From NCBI GenBank assembly GCA_964016885.1, contig OZ024741.1:304482001-304546000 (forward strand): a stretch of 64,000 bases of DNA. Reading direction: 5' to 3'. The notes below the pieces were generated by a model. The model was not told where the DNA came from, made no database searches, and worked only from the letters and a program-made list of their open reading frames with translations. This DNA comes from Eledone cirrhosa. Lineage: Eukaryota. A program made the position numbers and the translations under genes. Each line of letters starts with the position of its first letter. Positions within the stretch are counted from its first letter, which is position 1. Shown here one piece after another: positions 39,148 to 51,100 of this stretch.

Positions 39148-42100
39148 TGTGTGTGTGTGTGTTTATGTTTGCATCTATCTATGTTTATGTCTCATAACTT
39201 AAGAGTTTGACAAAATAGAGATTGGTAGAATAAGCACCAGACTTGGAAAAGAAACACAGCACCGGGGTGAATATGTTGACTAAATTGAAGTGGCAACCAA
39301 GCATGACCGCAGTCAGCTGAGTGAGACAAGTAAAAGAGTAGAAATGAATTTCTCATTAATTGATGATATAACAGTGTTTAGAAATTAGAGAAGTAATTAA
39401 AAAAGGTTTACTTACTACCAAATTCATCAAACGATGAAGGGTAAGTCATGTCTCTCACAGCCTGTAAATAATTTATCTGACTCTCACGGTGGTACTCTCC
39501 TTCAGCTGAAAATAGAAACCATTAAAATGTCTATGTAGCAGCCATACAAGAAAAAAAATTTTGAAGTAAAGTTCATGTATATATACAATTTAACTTTTAA
39601 CATCTTGCAATGATTTAGCAGAAGCTATCTAAAAACAGGCTTAACCCTTTAGCATTTAAACCAGCCATATCCAGCCAGAATTCTCTCACCTCTTCCAGTT
39701 CAAACTGATTGTAACCAGTTGCTCATGATGTTAAGGTATTGTCCTCAAAATAAATAATATCAAAATCTCATAGATTCAATATTATATAAGATAATTATGT
39801 AAGATGAAGCCTTTACCACAAAAACACAATAGTATATATAGAGTAATGTAAATGCTAAAGGGTTAATTTAAATGCTTGTAGAAACATTACACATGCATAT
39901 ATACAGCTTATCTCTTAAGATCTGGCAATGATTTAACAGAAAATATCCAAAACGCACTTGTTAATTCAGATGACTGTAGTATCGTTACTAGTGGAAAGTA
40001 GTAAAGACTTTAATTTTTAATGTGATACAGCCATAGGGCTGTTTTAAACTTTTCAAGACAGTTTTGCTAATATAGTTTCATATAGTAAAGGACATTCAGA
40101 TTTAAACCAGATGAAGATATAGAAATCAACCATAGTACAATGTAAAGCAATCTCACAGAAAGCAAATATCTTACTTAAACACAAGCAGAGTTGTATGTGG
40201 TTATTGTTGTTCTTTAACTATGATTGAGCAAGACATGATCACAGGTTTTATTACACTCTATCCATTTGATGTTTTTATATATTAGAGACTAAACTGTACA
40301 ATGTATTTTTCTTTAAGATGATAGGGTTTGATTTGAGGGAGATTTAGCTGCTATCTCTAGCAGGACTAGCGACTGCATAAAAGTTTCATGCGATATATAT
40401 GTCTAAATTCTTGAGATGAATTATTACAATAATCACTTCCAATGAATTGACTGCTAAAGAGTTGGAAGAAACAGCAACAACCTGCGACTGTGTCTTCCCC
40501 TGCCATTCCCGTGGAGGAACATCATCATCACCAACAACAACAACAGCAACAGCAACAACAACCGACCAGTACAGATTTTGCGGAATTGCAACTAATGATT
40601 TCTGCTCTGAGAAGGGAAGTTACAGGAATAAAGGCAAGCATTCGGGTAGGACCCCACAATGAGGGGTCTTATCGGAATGCCTTGCTAAAGAATCTCCCTG
40701 TACCTCTTGCTGAAAAGACTGAAAAGACTGCGGAATCTGCTACCCATGAAGTGATTGCTATTGGGGTACCAGAGGACAAGGCTGATCTTCAGGCATTTGC
40801 TGCCAGCTCAGCCAAAGACCTAGGCTGTGTTCCCCCAAAGGGTGCTCTCCGCCTTGGTCGACCTGGTCCCAAACCCAGACTCATCAGGCTGTCTTTTTCG
40901 GACCCCGCAGAGGCAACCTCATATCATCTGGCCTCTGCTAAAGCTGGGCGTGAAAATCAGATTACCTTCCGAACACGCCCAGGCCTACCACCCCATGTAC
41001 GTCCAAAGCTACGTGCTGCAGCTTCCTTGAATCGGAACTCAGCACAAGATGAAAGTTTTAGTCTGTGTGATGAAGGGCAGATCTGGAGGTTTGTCAAGGC
41101 TGGTGAAACGTGGAAGAGAGATACCAGCTGGTCTGAGTGTGATCTACCCACAATAACTGGCAATGTAAAAACTGCTACAACTCTGGGAAACTAAACCAGA
41201 ACAACCTGCCACCCTCTACACACCATCATAAACTGCGAGCAGGGTACAAATTGTTGTCCTTAAATGCTCGCAGTTTATGCAACAAGATACATCTGTTCGA
41301 ATCCTACGTCAGAAGCATCGACCCTGACTTCATCACAGTCACGGAAACATGGGCACATTCCTTACTCTGTGATGGGGTTTTCAGCATTACTGGGTACAAC
41401 CTTTTCCTCAAGGACCGCATTAACCGCCGTGGTGGTGTGATGGTCTACGTTCGTTCAAACTTTTCGGTAATTCCTTGCGTTGATTTGAACGAATCACAGG
41501 AAGAAGTTTTTTTCTGTGACATACGTATGACCATGTCAACACTTCTGCTTGGTGTTGTTTATCGCCCCCCAAACTACCATCAGGACACACAGCTTTGCGA
41601 TATCCTCAGAGTTGCTGCCAAGAAAACAGCCACTTATGTGTTTATTGCAGGTGACTTCAATCATCCCGAGATCGATTTGGAAACCTTTCGTTGGCCACAA
41701 GGTGCAAACGATTTCCTTGAACTAGTGCTGGACTCAAACTGGTCACAAGTAGTCACCTCTCCAACAAGAGGTGACAACACTTTGGACCTGCTCTTCACCA
41801 CTACTCCTGAAGTGGTTATCAGTTGTACTACTGAGGAACCTCTAGGCGACTCTGATCATGCTATGACCATTGCCAATCTGGCACTTGAGGGCAGCAACAA
41901 AAACCAGAGCCATCTCCAATCTGCTTGCTTTGATTGGAAGAAGGCGGATTGGAACTTGTACTGCACTGAGCTACAGTGCCCAAACTGGCATGAGATGTAT
42001 AACTCTGGAGATGTGAACACTATACTCCAGAGCATCCTGGACTCAATATGGATAGCGTGTGCAGCATCAGTGCCACGGAAGCGGAAAAATAACCACCCCA

Positions 42101-45100
42101 AAAGTGTAATTTGGGAAACTTCAGCGGTCCGACTTGCCAGGAAAGAATGTCGGAACGCTGAACGGGAATATAAACTGCATAAATCAGATGCCAACAGAAA
42201 AAAGCGGAATAACTCTTCTAACCATCTCAAGCAAGTGACAAAGAAGGCAGTGCTTGAATTTGAACAGTGCATCGCAACCAATCCCGACAGTAAGGTGTTC
42301 TGGAAATATGTACATTCAAAGCAGAGACCTCACTCTCCAGTTGGTCCTCTTCGCAATCCCCACACAAGCCAGATCACTGACGATCCCAAGGAATGCGCAG
42401 AACTCATTGCTGAGTGCTATGCAAGTATTTTTACTGTTGAAAACCAGAATGTACCATCTCCACCATCTCTAACATCAAATTCCATAACAACTATGGAATT
42501 TACACCTGCAATGTTGCGACGTCACCTTAAGAATAAGCGCAACTATGCCTCCCCTGGTCTTGATGGTGTGACATACCTGCTTCTCAAACGTGGCGGGTAT
42601 TTCCTTTTGCGCCAGCTTTCTTTCTTCTTTCAATACTATCTCAACAATAGTGCTACTCCGGAGCAGTGGAAAACTGCCAGTGTGATTCCCCTGTTCAAAA
42701 AGGGCAACCGCATGTCACCTGTCAACTATCGTCCAGTCAGTCTTACCAGCTGTATGGCCAAACTGATGGAATCCTGTGTCAGAGAAACACTTTGGAACTT
42801 CTGGAGCTCTCACAGCCTCATCCGGCCCTCACAGTTTGGATTTATCCCTAACTCCAGCTGCTGTGATCAGCTTATCGAGTTCCTTGAGGACATCACCCGG
42901 ATCACTGACAGCGGCTCATGGGTGGATGTTGTTTACCTTGACTTTGCTAAGACTTTTAATTCTGTGCCACACAAAAGACTTATGGCAAAACTCTCTGCAA
43001 TGGGTGTGAGGGATGATCTTTTTAACTGGTTGAAATCCTTCATTCTCAGCCGAAAAGAAGTAGTCACGGTTCTAGGACAGCATTCTTCACCATATGAGAT
43101 GTCATCTGGTGTACCACAGGGATCTGTTCTTGGTCCTCTTTTGTTTGTGGCATATATTAATGACATAGATGCCAACTTACAGAATACCACGGTACTGAAA
43201 TATGCAGATGACATCAAGCTGTACCTTGAAATCAAAAGGACTGATCCTGAAATTTACAACTCTTTCCTACAATCAGACCTGGACACAATGCAGCAATGGA
43301 TCACAGACTGGCAACTGAAGCTGGCTGTGGACAAGTGTACCACCATGCATTTTGGAAGGAAAAATCCAGCATCCACATACTCCCTCCACAACACTGATAT
43401 CAAAAAGTCCTCTTGTGAACGTGACCTGGGCATTACTGTCAGCAACGATTTGCGTTGGACAAAGCATGTCTCTAAGATTGTCAAGAAGGCCGAGGGTGTC
43501 TTGGCATCACTCAGCAAGACCTTTGTTAGCCGCTCTCCAGCCATCTATTTAAAACTGTATACAGCTATGGTACGACCACACTTGGAATTCGCATCATCAG
43601 TCTGGAACCCCTATCTTGCTCAGAACATTGACCTCCTGGAAACTGTTCAAAGACGTGCAACCAAGCGCATACCCTCCATCAGACACCTACCATACTCTGA
43701 ACGCCTTGCTTCCCTGGGCATGGATTCATTGAAGCTCCGACGTCTGGCAATGGACTTGGTGAATACCCACAAAGTTTTTAACCATCTCGCCAATTGCAAC
43801 CCTGAGCGCCTTTTTGATCTCCATGTGTCTAACACACGTGGACATGCCTACAAGATCAGAAAACAGCACAGCTCCCATGACTTTCGTAGACATTTTTTCA
43901 CGCTCAGAGTTGCTGAAGCATGGAACAAACTGCCTGCGTCAGTTGTTAGCTGCCGAGACACTGCATCCTTTAAGACACTCATGCTTCCCGAAATACGCCA
44001 AAACTACACCTGATGTACCCCTTCCATACACATGCACACGTGTGTATCATGACTCGTGCACTGTTCATTTTACTGATGTTTGTGCATTGCCCTATGTACT
44101 GTACATGTGACTTTTTTGATGAGTTGTGGTGCACCTGGGCACTGTACACAATATTTCATTATTGTTATTATATCATGACTCATACACTGTTCATTTTCCT
44201 GACATTTGTACATTATTCTATGTACTATACATGCACCTTTGATGAGTTGTAGTGCACCTGAGCACTGTACACAATAATTTCATTATATTATTATTATTAA
44301 ACAGTTCGGAACATTTCATTAGATACTCTAATGATTCTGCCAATCCACTGCCCTTCATATGGTGCTACAGGTAGAATTCCATTATAACGAATTTTTCAGT
44401 ATAACAACATTTTTTTCAACCCCCAAGGTAATAACAAACAAATGCTCAATTTGTTTCGGTTGATCTCGTTATAAAGAATTTTTCATTACAACAAATATTT
44501 ATTTATACCCCCATGAATTTTGTTATAATGGAATTTCACTGTATAACAAAGCCTGGCAACAATATTTAACTGGTTTTATATCTTGTTAGGAAGAGATTCA
44601 AAGAAGTTGTTTAACTACAGCCAATTATGGGATTCAAATATCATATTGTGAGTATTGACAAATAAATCATCCAAGAAAACATATGTAATTTCTGTTGTTT
44701 TTTTTTGTTTTTTTTTTCTTAATAAACTACACCCAATGTATTGTGCAAGGTTTTAAGTCTACGTTATATAGCTGCTGTTTTGGTGATGGTAAGGATGGTT
44801 TAGAGATGTTAGAGGAAGATTTGACTGTTACATTGAGCTGGGTGAACATCAATTGACATAAAAATGCTCTTTCTCCCACCATCCATTATCATCATCATTT
44901 TAAAGGCTGTTTTTCCATACTGGCATGGGTTGGACAAGACCTTTTGAGACTGTTTTATAACCAAATACAGTTTCTGCACCAACCTTTTACACCATGCTAG
45001 AATATGTAAAACAAAAAAGGAAATGGGTCCTATACTTCGGATGGAGTCATAGGGGCACAGCAGGTCTCAAACATTTTTAACCAGATAGAACCCATCCCTC

Positions 45101-48100
45101 ACCAGGTCAGAACACAGTCAATTTCTTCCAGGGAAAGAAAAAGACAAAGAAAGAGAAAAAGAATCGACCTCTGTATTGAACTGGCACTTTATCAACCTCA
45201 AAAGAACAAAAGGCAAAGTTGACCTCAGCAGGATTTGAACCCAGAGTGCAGTGAGCCTGAACAAATACCAAGGTATTTCTAATCTGACACCCTAACAACT
45301 CACAAATTCATAATTGTTTCTACTTTTGGCACAAGGCCAGCAATTACCCAGTGCATTACTGGTACTTTATTTTATCGACCCCATAAAGATGAAAGGCAAA
45401 GTTAACCTAGGCGGGATTTGAACTCACAAATTCATAAGGGTAACAAATAATAACAGTGCTGCTGCTGCTGTTACAAATAGCAATGATGGTGATTACCATA
45501 ATGACAATGATTACGATGATAGCAAGGGTAACAATAAGTTTCTACTTTTGGTACAAAGGCGGAGAAAGTCGATTAAATCAATCCAGTGCATTATTGGTAC
45601 ATTATTTTAACGACCCCATACGGATGAAAGGCAAAGCTAACCTTGGCAGTATTTGAACTCAGAACAAAGAGTTATAACTATATGTTGCAAAGCATGTCTG
45701 ACGATATTGCCAATCCACTGCAAACAATAATAATTGTTTCTATTTTTGGCACAAGGCCAGCAATTACCCAGTACATTACTGGTACTTTATTTTATCGATC
45801 CCGCAAACAAAAATAACGGTTTCTTATATAGGCACAAGGCCAGCAATTTGAGGGGAGGGGAAAGTTGATTAAATCGACCCCAGTACGTTACTGGTGCTTT
45901 ATTTTATCGACCCCCGTAAGGATAAAAGGCAAAGTTAACCTCAGCGGGATTTGAACTCAGATCATAAAGGGCCGTAATTCTATGCTGCAAAGCATGGCGT
46001 CCGTCCGTCTACCGATACTGCCAATCCCAGCCCTTGCAAACAATAATAATTGTTTGTACTTTAGGCACAAGGCCAGCAATTACCCAGTACATTACTGGTA
46101 CTTTATTTTATCGACCCCATAAGGATGAAAGGCAAAGTTAACGTCGGCGGGTTTTGAACTCAGACTGTAAAGGGACGTAACTATGCTAGAAAACATGGCG
46201 TCCAACCCTCTACCGATACTGACAATTCACCGCCCTACATAATAATGCAAACAATAATAATGATATATACTGTATTCTCAATGGTAAGAAGGGAGAGTGT
46301 TAGTAGTTATGCAAATGTTATGGCTAATAGTAATGGTAGTAGTGGCAGTGGTGATGGTGCTGGTATTCACAATAAAATGGATGTTACAATAGATGTGACT
46401 TACTCTTAGTGAATTTCTCATACAGTGCAGGATCAGTAAGTGTTTTGTCCATCTGTTTCACCAAAACAGCACCCATCTCACAGAGATTGTGCAAGAAAGT
46501 TAAATAAGCATCTGCATCTTGCATTGCTAGTAGACTGATATCGGCAGCTTCTAAGAATTAGAATTGAAATAAAATTAAATGAAGAAAAGAAAATAACATT
46601 AGTAATAAAAAATGGAAAGAAAACAATGATGAAACATACAAACGCAGAAATACACACAGAATTGCCCCCTTTAGTAATAGTTGTTAAGGAGTTATGTGTA
46701 GAATTGGTGATAGTAAGGCAGATGTAATAATTGGCTATGGTAATTGTGTGTGTATCATCATCACCACCACCACCACCACCGTTTAGCGTCCATTTTTCCA
46801 TGCTTGCATGGGTTAGACAGGTTGTCCACGCCGTACCTTGCTCCGACGAGAACTGTAAATTTGGCTGGGTATTTTATATGAAGGCGCATGGCTTAGTGGT
46901 TAGAGCATTGGGCTTGCAATCGAAAGATTGTGAGTTCAATTCTCAGACCGGGTGATGTGTTGTTTCCTTGAGCAAGACACTTTAATTCACATTGCTCCAG
47001 TTTACTCAGCTGTAGAAATGAGATGATAGGACTGGGGTCCATATCATTCCACTACAAAGAGGTTGTGGAGGTGCCACGGCAAAAAAACATCCAGCCCACA
47101 CTATAAAGTGGACGTGTAGGCGCCAAGGAAAAAAAGCACCCAGCACTCACTGTAAATGCAGTTGGTGTTAGGAAGGGCATCCAGCTGTAGAAATCAAGCC
47201 AGAATCAGTTCCCGTCCCACCCTTGCAAGCAGGGAAAAGCAGACATAAAATGATGATGATATACAGAGAGAGAGAGAGAACTAAAAGAGTTGGTATCTAG
47301 CTGTGAAACATTGTCTCAAAACATCCTGTCCAATCTGTGCCACTATGGAAAAGTGGATGCAAAAACATACATGCAAACATAGGCTCCCATCTAAAAGGAC
47401 AGTAACTCCAATTGAGAACCAATGCAGGGTAGAAGAGACTCTTTAGACATTCCACAGACAAACTTAGTGCTGTAGTGCTGGCAGCATAATAAAATGCACA
47501 CATGTGCCAGATGTCAACTATAGCAAATAGTAGCAAAATGCTGTAAGATCCAACCAGCCCATGCCAGCATGGAAAAATAAAAAGCAAAAAGACCTGAAAT
47601 TATGATGATATTCCTGATTTTAAAAAATGAAAAAAAACCATGGCTTTCTCCTGCCTGGCTAATTTACAATCAACTGAAGGTATGGAAAAAATGAACGCAG
47701 TGTATTCCAGTTTTTTGAATAGGTACACCAAATCCCTGTGTGTTGTAAGAGGTGACTAAAAGAGTTAGCATCAGAATGAGAATCTGGCTGTGAAACAATG
47801 TCTCAAAATAGCCCAGCATGGAGAAGTGGACGTAAAATCGATGATGATGATGTCAGGAATATGACATGGTTATCCAAAGACACAGTTCTCAGTTAATGAC
47901 AATGATACTACTTTTTCTCAGCTACAACATGACCACAAATATCTCAAATTTTGAACATAACAAGAAACCTACCTATTTTAGCATATTCTCTTAAGTGGTA
48001 TAACAGGCGGATAAATAGTCTAGGCATAATTATTTCTGGTAGTGCTACCATTTCACGTGGAGGAACCAACTGGTAACGGTCAGGTACCGAAAGGTGTCGA

Positions 48101-51100
48101 GAGCAAAACCTATACAAATAAAATCAATAATTTCAATGAGTTTATCATGAAATTCAATACATATTTTCATAAAACAAAAATTGAAAATAAGGAATTTCTA
48201 TATATTATCTAATACATCAACTAAAAGGTGGAAAACTATTCTTTTTTTCTTTTATTCTTTTACCTGTTTCAGTCAGTAGACTGCAGTTATGCTGGGGCGC
48301 TGCCTTGATTTAGTCGATCACATCAACCCTAGTTCTTTTTTTCAATTCTGATACATATGTTATCTAACTCTTTCTGTTGTCCTGAGCTGCTGGACACAAA
48401 TGCATATATCATCATCATCATCATCATTTTATGTCTGCTTTTCCCTGCTTGCAAGGGTGGGACGGGTCTTATTAAGCACAGCATATCTCCATTTGTCACG
48501 ATCCTTTGTCATCTCCTCCGTGAGCTTCAGCGATCTGAGGTCTGCTCTCACCACCTCCGCCCATGTTTTTCGTGGTCTTCCTACTACTGGCACTTCTTTA
48601 CTCAGCGGTCATCATCCATGCACATCACATGCCCATACCAACGCAGTCTTCTCGCCCGCACACTACAGCCTATCCTTCTTATACACAGTTTCTCTCTCAA
48701 CTCGTCTATGCTTGGTCATTCACGCACATTGACATTGCACATCATCCAACGGAGCATGCTTGCTTCATTTCTCTCCAGCCGTCGCATATCTTCCACAGTT
48801 GCTGCCCATGTCTCACTACCATACAGCATCGCGCATCTTACACAGGCATCATATAACTAGCCTTTCATTCGTAGTGAGAAACCCTATAATAATATACTAG
48901 CTGATAGCATTACAATTATACTTCCTATTCACACACAGCCTCAAGTTAATCTATGTCTTGTGAATGAATTTCGTAGATGTAAACACTGAGGAAAATAATG
49001 AAAAATTACTCACCCAGCTGGATTCATAACACTAGCATCTCCACAATCACAGGCTCCACCAGCTTTGCTACGGAACATGTTGTAGTCATGTCCTTCATGA
49101 TTACCAGCCTGAAAGCACTTGGAGCACAGTGACATGCATGGTGTTATGCCACATGTTCGACATCTGTATGCCACAAAATTTGCAGTCCACACAAGGCCAC
49201 ATGTTGTTGCATTATCATATATACGCACTAGAATAGAGAAAAAAAATGCAAAAAACAATTAAACATAGATAATTTGATCATTTAGTCCTTTCAATATCAA
49301 ATTTCTAATGAAAGACACTGCCCATATTTTAAAATCATTTTGAAAATAATCAAGAATTAAGAATAATTTTCTCACTATTAAGCTGGTGATCAGAGCATAA
49401 CTTATGATGGAAAGTTTTTATATAAACACTTTAAAACCGTTTTGAATCATAAAACCAGGAGTCATTTCAGGCAGTTTGGTATCAAAAGGGTTAAAGGAAG
49501 GAAGACTTTCTCTTTTCTATCTCAAATTGGTGCTTATAATATCAATTCATGTTGAAAATTTAAATTAATATACTGGAAATTTGAACTGAATTGAAAACAA
49601 AATACCAGCTGCCTCCTGGTAACTTTACATCACATTCAATTCTCGACCCTTCCTCACAAAATATCTTGCTAGGATTGACATAATGTCACAGTGAAAGAAC
49701 ATTAAAATTGTTTTTCTATGGCTTTCTCCTGATAAAGGACGCGAATTGGCAGAGTGATAGAGTGTTTGGTTGAATAACTCAGTATTTGTTCCAGCTCACT
49801 CTGCTCCAAGTTCAAATCCTGTAGAAGTCAACTTTGCTTTTCATCCTTTCAAGGTTGATAAATAAGGCACCAGTCAAGTATTTGTGTCAATTCTTCCTCA
49901 GTTTCACTCTCTCTCTTCTTCTCTGGAAGAAATCAATTGCATTCAGACATGGAGAGGGGATGGGCTGTCGGGTTTAAAATGCCCAAGGTGTAAGGATGGC
50001 GCCCCTACAATTCCATCAGGAATTTATTTTCTGTAAGTTTCAAACAGAAGAGAAAGTGTTTTATGGCATTCATGCCATTCACAAGAACAATAGTGAAATA
50101 CAGTAAAGAGAAACAGCTACAATGGATAGAAACATTTCATTAACTCAGCTTGCCAATAGGTGTTACTACTATTGTGGCAGTTCCCAAAAATAATATTCAT
50201 GGTTATATTTATTCTCCAGTAGCCAAAGTGCAGGTGCACTGCAAGGTAACAAAACTTGCAAATATACTGTGGTATGGTGTGTAAAAGTGAACTGTATGCA
50301 CAACAACTTGGTATATAAGCTTGAGAGTTAAATACCTTGCCAGGGTGAACAGATGTATGTATGCATAGACTCGTAACTCCTGATGGAGTTGCAGGAGTGT
50401 TGCAGTGACACATAACATGTCTTGGGCATATTTTAAACCTGGTAAAGCCCATCCCCTTACCAGATTTGAATACAGCCAATTTCTTCCAAAGAGTGTGAGA
50501 AAGTGATAGGGAGGAAGTGAGACAGAGATATTAAGGAAGAATCAACTCCAGTATTGTACTGGTATTTTTTTTATTGATCTTGAAAGGATGAAAGGTAAAG
50601 TTGATCTCGGCAGTATTTGGACTTGGAGTGCAGAGAGCCAGAATAAATACTGCAAAGTATTCAATCTGACATTCTAATGACTGCTAATTTGCCACCTTGG
50701 TAAATGGATACAAATCATTAACCCTCCCATTAATAGTCTAATGGATTGTTAACAACTTCTATTTCATGGAATAATTAATAGAAAAGACTAACAGCCAATG
50801 GAGCAACTCCTACATGCTCACTCAACCTACTAGAATTAGTAACTAAGTCTCCCTCAAATCATACTTTATATAATGTGGTTTTGGCACTATATACAGAAAA
50901 AAAAACAATGATCATGGCAGAAACACCTTTAAACATAGGCCTTCTGGATCAGGACTAACCTAGGGCTAAACAACATTATAAAAGACTACTTAATTATATA
51001 ATCTTCCTCATAGCATCTAATTTACCATGCTAGCATGGGTCAGGCAGATTTTCAATACAGCACATTACTATACCTTTTAATCCAATGTCATCTTACTAAA

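Larger units (their letters stand above)
40475..44298 (+). mobile_element. CR1-clade LINE, 5'-truncated in ORF1, with uninterrupted ORF2, in UBR3 intron 4 (antisense)
   Basis: ORF1 plus EN-RT ORF2 and an (ATT)n tail. Candidate TSD AAACAG at 40469-40474 and 44299-44304. The flanks rejoin into a degenerate SINE head. Confidence 0.92.
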
